Shown: positions 1 to 10,842, counted from the stretch's first letter. The stretch: DNA of 64,000 nt from an uncultured Chloroflexia bacterium (GCA_963765765.1 CAVXYC010000019.1:32001-96000), one strand, 5' to 3'. Numbers and translations: made by a program. Notes: generated from the letters alone by a model not told the origin.

Positions 1-496
1 ATCGCATACGATCCATACCTCCCGGAAGGGCGGGCGCGTGAGCTAGGCGTGCGGCTGGTGGATCTCGATACGCTCCTGAGCGAATCAGACGTCGTGTCTC
101 TGCATGTCGTCGTCACACCCGAGACGCGTGGCATGATCGGCGAGGCGCAGCTGCGTCGTATGAAGCCCTCGGCGTACCTGGTGAATACATCCCGCGGCGA
201 GGCGATCGATGAAGTCGCGCTCGAGCACGCGATCAAGGAAGATTGGATAGCCGGCGCGGCGCTCGATACCTTCGACAAAGAGCCGCTTGGCGTTGGACAG
301 TCCGTTGCGAGATCTGGATCCCGAGCGCATGCTGCTCACGCCACACAATGTTGCGCACACCATGGCGAGCCTGCACGCGAACCGAGAGCTGGCGATCCAG
401 AGTCTACTTACCGCACTCAACGGTGAAGTGCCGCCTACGGTGGTAAACCCCGCGGCGATCGAGGCCTGGAGAGCGCGTATCGCGGCCCGCAATTGA
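1..496 (+). CDS. D-isomer-specific 2-hydroxyacid dehydrogenase (SerA-like), 5'-truncated by the window; apparent frameshift near 288
   Basis: IAYDPY...SDVVSLH...MKPSAYLVNTSRG...AGAALDTFDKEPL in ORF 49..426 continues as LDSPLRDL...LLTPHNVAHT in ORF 287..496. Confidence 0.88.
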
Positions 497-528
497 TAGC
501 CTGACTATTCGCATCCAAGTCTTCGCGA

Positions 529-637
529 GAGGGACCCCACCCCAGCCCTCCCCGCTGCGGCAGGGAGGGAGCGGATTTAGAAAAGGGAAATCCGCTCCCT
601 CCCTGCCGCAGCGGGGAGGGCTGGGGTGGGGTTCCTC
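529..637. repeat. Long intergenic palindrome (REP-like, CCCTCCCC/GGGAGGG family)
   Basis: ~50-bp arms ccccaccccagccctccccgctgcggcagggagggagcggattt / aaatccgctccctccctgccgcagcggggagggctggggtgggg; related element at 40588. Confidence 0.85.
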
Positions 638-732
638 TATCGGGATCCGAAGGATCCACGGGAAGCGTCTAGCCCGCGTGAAGAACTTACCGCTGGATGG
701 AGCGCACAGTCGGCAAAACAGGAGGCACATTG

Positions 733-1965
733 ATGAACTTGAGAACCTCATCCACGCTACGGGTATTGGCACTCGGAATACTGCTCACGGGCTGCAGCCC
801 CGCGGCCCCAGCGGCCTCGCCCACAGCAAAACCGGCCGCGCCTGCTGCCGCTCCCACTGCCGCGCCGAAGGCAGAAGCTCAGCCTGCCGCGGCCGCGCCA
901 GCCGCGCCGAAGACTGATGCGCCCGCTGCTGCACCGAAGACGGATGGCTCTGCTGCCTGGAATCAGGTCCAGGAAGCGGCGAAACGAGAGAAGCTGGTCA
1001 TCGCCACCATGCCCGGCGAAAACGATAAGAAGCTGATGGCCATCTTCCAGAAGGCCTTTCCCGATATACAGGTGGAGCATACGGGCGCTCGACCGAGTGA
1101 CTTCTCACCCAAGCTCATCGCCGAGCAACAGAATGGCGTGTTCGCCTGGGACGTCATGGAGTCCAGCGGCACCAGCAACATGCACGAAGTGCTCTTGCCC
1201 ACGGATGCGTTCCAGGATCTCAAGCCATTTCTCATGCTGCCGGATGCTATGGACGACTCCAAGTGGGGCACCGGCAAGCTCGAGCTCTACACGTCGCCCC
1301 AGAAGCAGCACATCCTCATCCATGAGGTAAACCTCGGTAATGGCCTGTTCATCAATCGCGATTCGATCCCGGAGTCGGAGCTGAAGACACTCGATGACCT
1401 ACTCGACCCCAAGTGGCAGGGCAAGATGGTCGTCGATGATTGCACGGTGGCGGCTCAGGGCGCGGGGGTGCTCATCGGCCTCTGGCAGGCCAAGGGCGAG
1501 GCATGGGTACGTCAGCTCCTCAGCACGCAGAAACCCGTCTGGCAAGATACGGTGCGAATCACCACCGAGTGGGTGGCCACCGGTCGCTACCCGATCGGTC
1601 TGGGCGTTTCCGAGCCGGAGCTTAGCCGCCTCCAGGGTGATGGTGTCGGGAAAAACCTGAAGCAGCTCGACTACGGTGGCGGGAACATGGCCGCCAGCGG
1701 CGTAGGCGTATTCCGGAACGCTCCCAATCCCAACGCTGCGAAGCTCTTTGTGAACTGGTTTCTAAGCAAGGAGGGCCAGCAGGCCTGGGTGGACGCCTGG
1801 GAAGTGCCCACGCCTCGGAACAGTCGTCGGCTGGATGTGCCGGTGAAGAACCAGGCCGCATTCCCGGATTACGCGAATCTGAGCAAGTACGCGCTCTGGG
1901 GCACCGACAGCGGAACCGAGATCGTCAAGAAGGTCACGGGAATGTGCAAGGAGCTGCGTCCTTAA
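733..1965 (+). CDS. ABC transporter substrate-binding lipoprotein (AfuA/FbpA-like) with Ala/Pro-rich linker
   Basis: GGAGG at 721, lipobox LLTGC, PAAPA linker, DLLDPKWQGK, APNPNAAKLFVNWFLSKEGQ. Confidence 0.9.
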   Translation: MNLRTSSTLRVLALGILLTGCSPAAPAASPTAKPAAPAAAPTAAPKAEAQPAAAAPAAPKTDAPAAAPKTDGSAAWNQVQEAAKREKLVIATMPGENDKKLMAIFQKAFPDIQVEHTGARPSDFSPKLIAEQQNGVFAWDVMESSGTSNMHEVLLPTDAFQDLKPFLMLPDAMDDSKWGTGKLELYTSPQKQHILIHEVNLGNGLFINRDSIPESELKTLDDLLDPKWQGKMVVDDCTVAAQGAGVLIGLWQAKGEAWVRQLLSTQKPVWQDTVRITTEWVATGRYPIGLGVSEPELSRLQGDGVGKNLKQLDYGGGNMAASGVGVFRNAPNPNAAKLFVNWFLSKEGQQAWVDAWEVPTPRNSRRLDVPVKNQAAFPDYANLSKYALWGTDSGTEIVKKVTGMCKELRP

Positions 1966-1982
1966 CTGTCGACCGGAACTTT

Positions 1983-2104
1983 ATCCGCAGATTCACGCAG
2001 ATTCACACGGATTACGTTGGGACTAGTGAAGGTGAGCTGACCTGATCAAGATTCGGCATCACGCTCCTAAAGTAATCTGCGGAAATCTGCGTGAATCTGC
2101 GGAT
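1983..2104. repeat. Inverted pair of 10-nt-period arrays between convergent genes
   Basis: atccgcagattcacgcagattcacacggattac (1983-2015) vs gtaatctgcggaaatctgcgtgaatctgcggat (2072-2104). Confidence 0.8.
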
Positions 2105-2111
2105 GAACGCT

Positions 2112-3081
2112 TTAGATCTTGAACAGCTCCCGAGCGTTGCCGCTGTAGATCATCTCCTTCTCCGCGTTGGAGGTGTGCGGCAGTGACGCGATGGTCTTCA
2201 CCGGCTCGATATCGTGCATGTCATATGGGTAGTCCGTGCCCAGCATGACGCGTTCTGGCCCCATGGTCTCCACGAGGTAATTGAGCGCGGGTACAGAATG
2301 GGTGAGCGAATCAAAGTAGAGCAAGCCCATGTATTCGCTGGGCGGGTTCTGAATGTTGACCTTGCCCTCCGGACGTACGTGCCAGCCGTGCTCCCAGCGA
2401 CCACGCAGATAAGGGCACGTTCCGCCACCATGAGCCAGGTAGAACTTGATCCGCGGGAACTCCTTGAGCACTCCGCCGAAGATCAGGCTCGCCGCTGCCA
2501 CGGCTGTGTCAGTCGGATTCCCAATCAAGTTGGCCAGGTGATATTTGTCGAGTCGGTCCTGCCCCAGAACGTTCGTGGGATGAAGAAACGCGGGTACGTC
2601 CAGCTCCACCATTTTTGCCCAGAAGGGAGCCAGGCTCGGGTGATCCAGATTCATCCCCTCGACGTTGGTGGACATCTCAAGACCGCGCATGCCCAGATCT
2701 CTTCACGCCTCGCTCGAGCTCGCGCGCGGCCATCTCGGGGTCCTGAAGTGGGACGTTTGCGATGGCACGAAAGCGCGATGGATTGTCCTGGGCGATCTCC
2801 GCCAGGGCATTGTTCAAGCTCTGACAGGCCGCGAGCGCGGTTGCTGGTTCGAGCCGATAAAGGAAGAGACCGGGCGCCACCGAGAGGACCTGCATGTCCA
2901 CGCCCTCGCGATCCATCTCTTCCAACCGCTTGTCCAGGCTCGTGATTGTGTCGCCGATGTAGGCGGGGCCGCGATCGGTGCGGTGCAGCACCTCGTCTGA
3001 GCCATCGCGGGTGATGTGAACGTCATTGCCGCCCACATAGAACTTCTCCGGAATGCAGTGCGCATGCACGTCGATCTTCAT
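2112..3081 (-). CDS. Amidohydrolase-2 family (ACMSD-like decarboxylase); apparent frameshift near 2700
   Basis: KIDVHAH, FLHP, LAHGGG, MLGTDYPY; split between ORFs 2677..3090 and 2112..2690; AAAGGAG RBS. Confidence 0.88.
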
Positions 3082-3149
3082 CAAGCACACTCCTTTGTGG
3101 CGTGACGCCGATCATAGCGCGCGGAACGGAGAGGAGTTAAGGGGTGAAG

Positions 3150-3182
3150 TGAAAAGTGAAGATCAAGCTTCTTCACTTTTCA
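3150..3182. terminator. Hairpin overlapping the permease 3' end
   Basis: tgaaaagtgaaga / tcttcacttttca, 13-bp inverted repeat. Confidence 0.5.
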
Positions 3183-4924
3183 ATTCTCGCAGCCTCCTGA
3201 GCTCGTGCTTCAGCTCCCACACCCAGCCGAACACCAAATAGCCGTGCCGCAATGGCGACACCCAGGGTGAGGATCAGCACGCAGCAGGACAAGACCGAGG
3301 CAACTTCGAATTTTCCTTCAGTGATGTAGTCGAGCTGCAGCATCGAGAGCGGACGGTTCGAGGTGACCGAGAGGAGCGACACCTGCGAGATATTCCGAGC
3401 AGCACCGATGAACTCGATCAGCGCAATGACGATGAGCGCCGGGGCCATGAGCGGCAGCACCACGCGCGTATACGTGTGCAGCCAGTTACCTCCTGTTACC
3501 CACGATGCCTCTTCCAGCTCATTCCCAAGCTGCATCAGATTGGTTTTGAGGAGCTGAACGGCCAACGGCATGCCAGCGATGAGGCCCGCGATGATGAGGC
3601 TTGGGATGCTGCCGTAGAGCGGCCGGAAGAACGGCTGAAGAAACATGCTGAGCAGTGCCAGGCTCAGCAAGATGCCCGGAATGGTGTAGGGAAGCCAGCT
3701 TAGAAGATCGAGCGCACCACGTCCGAAGAATCTCGTTCGAATCACGACGTAGGCAATTATTGAGAAGATGATTACAGAGGCGAACGCACTTCCGAAAGCA
3801 AGCATCAACGTGTTTTGAAGTGATCGGAGGAGCAACGGATCCCGCAGTGCACGTGCCCAGTTATTCCACGTCCATGGATCGGCAATGTTAAAGAACCCGA
3901 AGATCTTCATGAATGTGCCCATGACAGAGAGCACCAGGGGAACTGCGACGACGAGCACCACGATGGCGGTAAGAAGTGCAACTGCCGGCCACTTCCAGCT
4001 GCCAAGCTGCATGACCTGACTCTGATATTGACCGGTGACCGTCGTATATCGACGTGTTCCGACCATGCGGCGCTGCAGGAAGATCAGCCCCGCCATGACA
4101 ATGAGCGCGGTTACTCCGAGCGCTGCCGCGGGCCCATAACGCGGCTCCGCCTGCAGGACTTCGTCATAGATGATCGTGGAGATCACATAAAAGCCGCGTG
4201 GCGTACCGAGAATTCGCTCGATCTCAAATGACTCGAGCGATCGGATGAAAGAGAGAAACTCCACGGCCAGAATGGCCGGGAGCATGATGGGCAGGACAAT
4301 GCGTCCAAGCGTACCCAGGGCGCTCGCACCGGTGATGCGTGAAGCCTCTTCAAACGATGCATTCATATTGCGAAAGATCGGCGTGAACAGCATCACTTTG
4401 AAGCTGAGCCCGTGTGCAATCGTGTGGGCCCAGACGATGCCCCAGAAAGAATAGATGCTAAAGACTGGCAAGCCGAGGCGTGTGAGAGCCTGGTTGATGA
4501 GCCCGTACTCGGGGTCGAGCAGGAGAAGCCAGCTCAGGACCACGGTCAGTGTGGGCATGAAGAAGGAGATCCAGAACGCGAATTCGAACCAATGACGGCC
4601 GGGCAAATTGGTTCGAGCCAGCAGCCACGCGAGGAAGATGGCTGCTGGCAGGGCAATGACCTCGCGGGCCAGGCTCAGGTTCAGCGTATTCATCGCCGCC
4701 TGGCGTAACCCTTGCTCTCGGAACAGCGTTGCCCAGCCGTCCAGGCCATAGCGGGCGGCCTCCCCCGGCTGGGATACATCGAAGCTCTGCAGCACCACTC
4801 GGTAGATGGGGTACAGCACGACAAACGCGACAATCGCCAGCAGGCCGGTGGTGAAGACAGTCTGCGGCTTTATCCGCCGCCAGATGGGACCCGACGGGGC
4901 GCGAGGGACGGCGATTGTGGCCAT
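3173..4924 (-). CDS. ABC transporter permease (FbpB/AfuB type, two TM modules)
   Basis: Hydrophobic 583 aa with two EAA motifs (FEEASRITGA, LEEASWVTGG). Confidence 0.92.
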   Translation of the reverse strand: MATIAVPRAPSGPIWRRIKPQTVFTTGLLAIVAFVVLYPIYRVVLQSFDVSQPGEAARYGLDGWATLFREQGLRQAAMNTLNLSLAREVIALPAAIFLAWLLARTNLPGRHWFEFAFWISFFMPTLTVVLSWLLLLDPEYGLINQALTRLGLPVFSIYSFWGIVWAHTIAHGLSFKVMLFTPIFRNMNASFEEASRITGASALGTLGRIVLPIMLPAILAVEFLSFIRSLESFEIERILGTPRGFYVISTIIYDEVLQAEPRYGPAAALGVTALIVMAGLIFLQRRMVGTRRYTTVTGQYQSQVMQLGSWKWPAVALLTAIVVLVVAVPLVLSVMGTFMKIFGFFNIADPWTWNNWARALRDPLLLRSLQNTLMLAFGSAFASVIIFSIIAYVVIRTRFFGRGALDLLSWLPYTIPGILLSLALLSMFLQPFFRPLYGSIPSLIIAGLIAGMPLAVQLLKTNLMQLGNELEEASWVTGGNWLHTYTRVVLPLMAPALIVIALIEFIGAARNISQVSLLSVTSNRPLSMLQLDYITEGKFEVASVLSCCVLILTLGVAIAARLFGVRLGVGAEARAQEAARIEK

Positions 4925-4960
4925 GCCTACCTCCAGGAGCCACGTTGAGCCTCGACGGGC

Positions 4961-6151
4961 TCAGCGTGGCAGTAGCGTGCGGATGAAGTCTCTTGTGTCC
5001 ACCTTGTTCTTGTCGTTCACTTCCGCCTGGAAGTTGTACGTGGTCTCGGCAGGCGCCTGTCTATCCGGCCGTGCCGCCGGAACGTCCGTGCGTCCACTGT
5101 TCTTCTCGAGCTCCTTCGACCAGGACGCCTGCCCCTCCTGTGTGAGGCACCAATTAATGAATAGCTTGCCAGCATTGGGGTGCGGAGCTTTGCTGACGCT
5201 CCACAGACAGTCGGCGGGATCCACGGCTAGAAGCTCTTTGAATACCAGTAGCTTGACATTTGTTCCTGCGCCTTGCTGCTGGAAGTCGTTCAGGATGTCT
5301 TCGTTGATCCCCCCAAATGAGATCGCGTAGCGGCCGCGGACCATGAACTCGGTGTTCTGCCGATCGTCAGTTCCAAACGACGGGTCCATCTCAGCGTAGA
5401 AGCGTTTGATGAGATCGTCTGCCCTCGGTCCGAGGTTCTCACGCACGACCGACATCGAGATGTAGCCCGCGCCCTCCGTCCGTGGGTCTTTCTGAAGAAT
5501 CTTGCCCTTCCACTTGGGATCGAGGATGTCTTCGAACTTCGTAATCTCGCCTTCCTTCACCATGTCCGTATTCACGAACAGGATCGGGTACATATCGGCG
5601 CCGAATCCGAAGTACCAGCGCTGCTCCAGATCAAGGAAATGGGACTTGTAACCGCCGAGCCACTTGCTATCGTCGGTGACGTCGGTGCGGAAAATAGCAT
5701 CGGTAAGGGGCTCGAATGCTCCCATAGGCCGCAAGATGCGTCCAACCGAGCCCGGCGAAGACACCGCTACGTCATAACTGAAGATGCCCGCCTCTCGCTC
5801 GCTCTTGGCTCGCGCCGCGAAATCGCTCCCACGCAGCGGCGAATGCTCAATGGCGATGCCAGGGAATGTTTGCTGGAAGGTGTCGAGCCATCGGCGGAAG
5901 CCCGTGCCCAACGGAGTCTGAATGTTGAGCGTGCCCTCTTTCTGGGCCGCGGCAACAAGCTCGCTCCACTCCTTCGCCCACGGCGCGTCGGCCGGAGCGC
6001 TCGCGCCGGTGGAAGCTGAGGAGCCCCCCGAAGGCGCCCCGGCGGCACAAGCCACGGCCAATCCGGCGGCAGCTGAAAGCCCGATGACCCGCAGGGCTTC
6101 TCGGCGGGAGATCACTCCCGAGAGCTTCTGATCGAACGTCAAGCGTCGCAT
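4961..6151 (-). CDS. ABC substrate-binding lipoprotein, Tat-like signal
   Basis: SRREAL twin-Arg, LAVAC lipobox, AAQKEG, DILDPKWKGK, APHPNAGKLFINW. Confidence 0.9.
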   Translation of the reverse strand: MRRLTFDQKLSGVISRREALRVIGLSAAAGLAVACAAGAPSGGSSASTGASAPADAPWAKEWSELVAAAQKEGTLNIQTPLGTGFRRWLDTFQQTFPGIAIEHSPLRGSDFAARAKSEREAGIFSYDVAVSSPGSVGRILRPMGAFEPLTDAIFRTDVTDDSKWLGGYKSHFLDLEQRWYFGFGADMYPILFVNTDMVKEGEITKFEDILDPKWKGKILQKDPRTEGAGYISMSVVRENLGPRADDLIKRFYAEMDPSFGTDDRQNTEFMVRGRYAISFGGINEDILNDFQQQGAGTNVKLLVFKELLAVDPADCLWSVSKAPHPNAGKLFINWCLTQEGQASWSKELEKNSGRTDVPAARPDRQAPAETTYNFQAEVNDKNKVDTRDFIRTLLPR

Positions 6152-6396
6152 GGCTCCTCCTTCGTCGCTGCCGCGTCTCCTTCAGAGGTGGCAGGCGTGT
6201 CGGGGTGTCGGTGCTCTGTGCGTGGTTAAACGATGACGACTGGATCTAAGGCTTCAATCCCTTCTGGCAACTATTCTAGGCCCGGAACAGGATGTCCACA
6301 AATGATTCTGGCGGGCGGAGGAGAGCTACCTTGGGCCGCGGCTGGAAGAGATATCGGTGGCGTTGTTCCCGAATGGAAATCGCCGGGCGCCAGCCT

Positions 6397-6495
6397 TTTG
6401 GACTGCCGCGGTCTTCGCCGCCTTCTACAAACGCGGAGCGCGTCCGCTATCGGCTTCCAGCGGCTCCAAAGCGGCGAAGACCGTCGCAGTCCAAA
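6397..6495. repeat. Palindromic intergenic element (TTTGGAC..GC / GC..GTCCAAA family)
   Basis: tttggactgccgcggtcttcgccgcctt vs aaagcggcgaagaccgtcgcagtccaaa; related element at 43426. Confidence 0.75.
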
Positions 6496-6583
6496 CATCA
6501 GAGGTGCAGGGTCGCAGGGGAATGAAAAGACGGCGAATCATGCTGAAGGCGGCCGAGCACTCTGGAATGACCTCCCAAAAGCA

Positions 6584-6613
6584 AGAGCCGCCTTCGGCAC
6601 TGAAGGCGGCTCT
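6584..6613 (-). terminator. Probable intrinsic terminator of the cyclase/STAND gene
   Basis: agagccgccttc / gaaggcggctct stem followed by a short T run on the minus strand. Confidence 0.6.
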
Positions 6614-6626
6614 CTGCTGGTCGAGG

Positions 6627-9272
6627 CTAGACCCGGATCGAAGCGGTTAAGGCCATATCGATGATGTCATCAAGCGCCGCAGTCGCTCCCTCGGCGTGGA
6701 GTCGTTGGAACTCCTGCTGACCCAGCGCCTCGCGGAGCGCCGCGATGGCCTGATCGTGGTGCGGCTGCTCCAGGTAGAAGATCGTGATGCCGTGCGTTTC
6801 CCGAAGCTGGTCGGAAGCGCCGAAGAGTCGAGCGGCATGCTGTAGCTCACCACGAATTTGAGCGATCATGGCTAATCCGTCAAGCGCTCTCGAGGTAAAC
6901 ATCGGGTCGCCTACCTCGCGCAGGATCGCCAGGCCCTCGCTGAAACGCCCGGCCGCCTCGTCTATGCTACCCGCCCTGAACGCCAGATGCCCCAGGCGTA
7001 CTGTTGGAGCCGCGACGCCCCAGCTATCGCCATGCTCGCGGTAGCATGCAACCGCATCGAGGAGAGATTCGCGACCTTCTTCCTGACGTCCCTGCGCGTC
7101 ATATATCACGCCAGCAATGAACTTAGCGCCAGCCATGCCCCACGAATCCTCGGCTTCCAGAAGACGTGCCTGGCCTTCGTCCATGATGGCTACTGCCTTC
7201 TCAGGGTCTCCACCGAACTGAGTAAAGATGGCCAGCCAGATGAGCGCCTTGCCCATCAGAAACGAATTAGCCAGGACACGGCCGACGTTCGCACACTCGG
7301 TCTGCCAGCGTGCGGCCGCGGCATAGTCGCCGCGGAGATACGCAAGGATGCCGAGACCGTAGAGCACTTGTCCGCGTGCCATGCTGGGCTCCGCGGCAGC
7401 CGGGGTGGTGAGCAATCGTTCCAGCCAGTACGCCCCCTCGTTCGTTTGCCCGCGTTGAAACCAGTACCAGGAGATAGCTCCTCCTAGAGATAGGCCGATC
7501 TCCGGGTCTCCCGAAGGGCCCAAGCTCCATTCCAAGGCGGATCGGATGTTGCCGTAATCCGCATCAAGTCGCGCAAACCATTCGAGCTGCTCGGCGCCAC
7601 GCAGCCCTATCTCGGAGGTCACCACCATGTCACGGAAGTACTGGCCATGTCGTCGCTGGAGGGCCGCGTGGTTCTCGGGATCAAGGAGCTCGAGCGCAAA
7701 CTCGCGAATCGTCTCCAGCATCGTGAAGCGCGGCTCCGCGCCGTCACGCGTCACTGAGCGGATGAGACTCTTGTCGAGCAGTGACACGCTGAGATCGATG
7801 ACCTGACTGCGTTCCTCATCGTTGGCGGGCACGATGGCCTCGGCGGACTCCAGCGTGCATCCACCGGTAAAGACCGCCAGACGCAGAAAGGCCACTTTCT
7901 CCACTGGGTCCAGCAAGTCATAACTCCATGCGATGGTGTCGCGTAGCGTCTGCTGCCGTGTTGGTAGATCGCGTGGTCCACGCGTGAGGAGTGTGAGCCG
8001 ATGATCCAGTCTCGAGAGAATTTGCTGCGGTGAAAGCACGTTGATGCGTGCAGCAGCTAACTCTAGCGCAAGAGGCAGCCCGTCGAGTCGGCGGCAGATC
8101 TCCGCGATCGTCTTTCCATTTGCATTGGTTAGCTCGAAATCAGGCTTCACGGCCCGCGCCGTATGTACGAACAGTGCTACGGAAGGGCTGGCTCGTAGTA
8201 CCTCAAGGTGCTCTTCCTGGCGGGCGGAGGGCAACTCGAGCGGAGGCACGGGGTAGTCGAATTCGCCGGAAAGCTGAAGCGTGGCGCGGCTGGTCACCAG
8301 GACCTTGAGCCGCGGCGACGCACTGAGCAGCTCCGCGATGCACGGCGCCGCGGGGAGCACGTGCTCAAAGTTGTCCAGAATGAGCAGCGCGTGCGATTCT
8401 CGCAAGCCGTCCTTTAGCAGATCGATCGCCGAACGACTGCCGCCCTCCCGAAGTCCCAATGAGCTGAGAATCGCCGAAGGAACGTAGTCGGGCTCAGTGA
8501 CCGGAACCAAATTTACAAACGTGACCCCCTCGCTCAGCTCGTGGGCAAGCTCCATACCGAGCTGCGTTGCGAGCCGCGTTTTGCCGGACCCGCCGGGACC
8601 GGTGAGCGTAACCAGACGGACTTCCGGACGCCGTAACATGGACTTGATCCCATGCAGATCGTTGGATCGTCCAATGAGGTCCGTTCGCGGCGTTGGAAGG
8701 CCGCGCGCACCAATGGCGGCCTCGGATGCGTCTAGATCGGCCGTCACCAGACCAGGCGCTACGAGCTCAAAAATGCGCTCCTGCCGCTCGATCCCACGCA
8801 GCCGCCGAGTACCAAGGTGACGGACCTTGATTGTTTCCGGCAGCACGTCATTCGCCAGTGTGGAGGTTGTCCGCGAAACCAGCACCTGGCCGCCCTGAGC
8901 CAGCTCGAGTATCCGCGCAACGTGGTTCATTGGAGGGCCGAAGTAATCGCCATCGCGCTCGGACGGAGTGCCTGTGTGAACCGCCATCCGCACCCGTGGT
9001 TGATCGGTACGGAACTGGTCATCTGCATGTAGTGCGGCCTGGCAATCGAACGCCGCCAGAAGCGCATCGAGCGGGGAAGCAAACGCGGCATATAGCGCGT
9101 CCCCGACCGTCTTAAATACGCGGCCGGCACGCGCCTCGATGGCTTGCCGCATGATGGTTAGATAGCGTGCCACCGCGTCGGCCATGGCCCGTGGTTCGGA
9201 CTCCCATTCGGGCGCGCTATCCACGATGTTGCTGAGGAGGAACGTGACCGTTCCGTGGGGGAGATTTTCCAT
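6627..9272 (-). CDS. Class III adenylate/guanylate cyclase domain + STAND (NB-ARC-like) ATPase + TPR protein
   Basis: LPHGTVTFL, KTVGDA, RVRMAVHTG, YFGPPMN; Walker A GPGGSGKT; LLILDNFEH; CRRLDGLPLALELAA; TPR-like C-terminus. Confidence 0.92.
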   Translation of the reverse strand: MENLPHGTVTFLLSNIVDSAPEWESEPRAMADAVARYLTIMRQAIEARAGRVFKTVGDALYAAFASPLDALLAAFDCQAALHADDQFRTDQPRVRMAVHTGTPSERDGDYFGPPMNHVARILELAQGGQVLVSRTTSTLANDVLPETIKVRHLGTRRLRGIERQERIFELVAPGLVTADLDASEAAIGARGLPTPRTDLIGRSNDLHGIKSMLRRPEVRLVTLTGPGGSGKTRLATQLGMELAHELSEGVTFVNLVPVTEPDYVPSAILSSLGLREGGSRSAIDLLKDGLRESHALLILDNFEHVLPAAPCIAELLSASPRLKVLVTSRATLQLSGEFDYPVPPLELPSARQEEHLEVLRASPSVALFVHTARAVKPDFELTNANGKTIAEICRRLDGLPLALELAAARINVLSPQQILSRLDHRLTLLTRGPRDLPTRQQTLRDTIAWSYDLLDPVEKVAFLRLAVFTGGCTLESAEAIVPANDEERSQVIDLSVSLLDKSLIRSVTRDGAEPRFTMLETIREFALELLDPENHAALQRRHGQYFRDMVVTSEIGLRGAEQLEWFARLDADYGNIRSALEWSLGPSGDPEIGLSLGGAISWYWFQRGQTNEGAYWLERLLTTPAAAEPSMARGQVLYGLGILAYLRGDYAAAARWQTECANVGRVLANSFLMGKALIWLAIFTQFGGDPEKAVAIMDEGQARLLEAEDSWGMAGAKFIAGVIYDAQGRQEEGRESLLDAVACYREHGDSWGVAAPTVRLGHLAFRAGSIDEAAGRFSEGLAILREVGDPMFTSRALDGLAMIAQIRGELQHAARLFGASDQLRETHGITIFYLEQPHHDQAIAALREALGQQEFQRLHAEGATAALDDIIDMALTASIRV

Positions 9273-9683
9273 CTGCTGCTGGAGAGTTATCGCGGGCCTG
9301 AAGGTACAGCTTTGATAAGGCTAGAGTACAGCATGACAAGGCATTCCATGCCTGGGTACCGGCAACTTTGCCTAAATCTAAGCGCGACAGGAACGATTGG
9401 CGATGAAGGCGTTCTTCCGAACCATGCGAGGTCATTGCTCGGCACGCGCTGTTTCAGCCCCGTACCTCAACGCGTATTCCGGGCTGCCTACATGATCACT
9501 CGCCAAATCCTGCGATGACTTTATCAACCAATCGACACGTCTCGTCGGCCCACTGAATGACGGCGGTGGCCACACTCAAAACGGATTAGACCTCGCCATC
9601 GTGAGCGGCACGCGACGAATGAATCGAGCTCACCATAGCAGGTTTACACGGGAGCGGCCTTCAGTTAGAACCTGCCCAATTGC

Positions 9684-9712
9684 TTGACCGTCAGATGGTT
9701 GCGCGGTAGATT
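9684..9712 (+). promoter_or_regulatory. Sigma70-like promoter of the amidohydrolase-cupin-tct cluster
   Basis: TTGACC-17 nt-TAGATT about 60 nt upstream of the GGAGG-preceded start. Confidence 0.55.
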
Positions 9713-9774
9713 GTTGGACCAGCGAGACACACCTACGGAACACAACGTATTCAACACATGAGGGAGGGATCCAG

Positions 9775-10842
9775 GTGACCACCAGCACGATCCTGAGCTC
9801 GGGCTCGGCAGCCGGGCTGGCGAGCAAAGAGCTTGCCATTTCCGCCGACTCGCACGTACTCGAGCCGCGCGACCTCTGGACTTCGCGCCTACCGGCTGGG
9901 CTGCGTGACCGTGTGCCAGAGCTTCCGAATCGCCGCGAAGACAAGCCGGGGGCCACGGACCCGGCAGATCGCCTGGGCGTGATGCAACGCGACTCGGTGA
10001 GTATGGAGGTGCTCTACCCGACCTACGCGCTGACTCAGTTCGCAATGGAGGATCGGGGGCTCCAGGAAGCCTGCTTCCGGGTGTACAACGACTGGCTGGT
10101 GGAATACTGCGCGGCAACCCCCGGCCGACTCGTGGGTATTCCGTGCATCTCGACCTACGACATTCAGAGCGCCGTCAAGGAGCTGGAGCGCTGCGCCAAC
10201 ATGGGGCTAAAGGGCGCTCTTGTCTGGCACGTGCCCCATCCCGACCTGCCATTCACATCGGACCACTACGATCCGCTCTGGGACGCCGCCGGCGAGATGG
10301 CCATGCCGGTCAACCTCCATATCCTGACCGGCTTTAGTTACGCCCGCGACCAGGGTGCCAGGACTGGTGTCGAGACGTATCGTGGGAGTGTTGGCTGGAA
10401 GCTCATCGACGCCGTCAACACGATGTTCGACTTCATCTTCCACGGTGTTCTGCATCGCCATCCCAAGCTCAATGTGGTCCTCGCAGAAAACGAGATGGGC
10501 TGGGTGCCGTGGGTCCTTCAGCAGTGGGACTATTATGCTCGACGCTTTGGCGAAAAGAACCCGCTCCCCAGCGGGATCTTACCCAGTGAGTCGTTCAACA
10601 AGCAGGTCTACTTCACGTTCTTCAACGATGCCGTTGGCGCTCGCTCGTTCCAGTGGGACTGGGGAGTGAACAACTGCATGTGGTCCAATGACTTCCCGCA
10701 CGGGAATACAACCTGGCCGAACTCCCGCGAGATCATTGCCAGGGACCTCAGCATGCTCCCCGAAGACGCGCGCGCCAAGCTGCTTCGCGAGAACGTGGCC
10801 CGACTCTACAACCTCACCATTCCTGAGCCAATCGATGCCTAA
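9775..10842 (+). CDS. Amidohydrolase-2 family protein
   Basis: ISADSHVLEP, EVLYPT, YNDWL, VNLHI, MWSNDFPH. Confidence 0.9.
   Translation: MTTSTILSSGSAAGLASKELAISADSHVLEPRDLWTSRLPAGLRDRVPELPNRREDKPGATDPADRLGVMQRDSVSMEVLYPTYALTQFAMEDRGLQEACFRVYNDWLVEYCAATPGRLVGIPCISTYDIQSAVKELERCANMGLKGALVWHVPHPDLPFTSDHYDPLWDAAGEMAMPVNLHILTGFSYARDQGARTGVETYRGSVGWKLIDAVNTMFDFIFHGVLHRHPKLNVVLAENEMGWVPWVLQQWDYYARRFGEKNPLPSGILPSESFNKQVYFTFFNDAVGARSFQWDWGVNNCMWSNDFPHGNTTWPNSREIIARDLSMLPEDARAKLLRENVARLYNLTIPEPIDA

Noticed and set aside
6233-6664. Several 75-143 aa ORFs in the intergenic region
   Set aside because: They overlap palindromic repeats and a terminator and show no protein motifs
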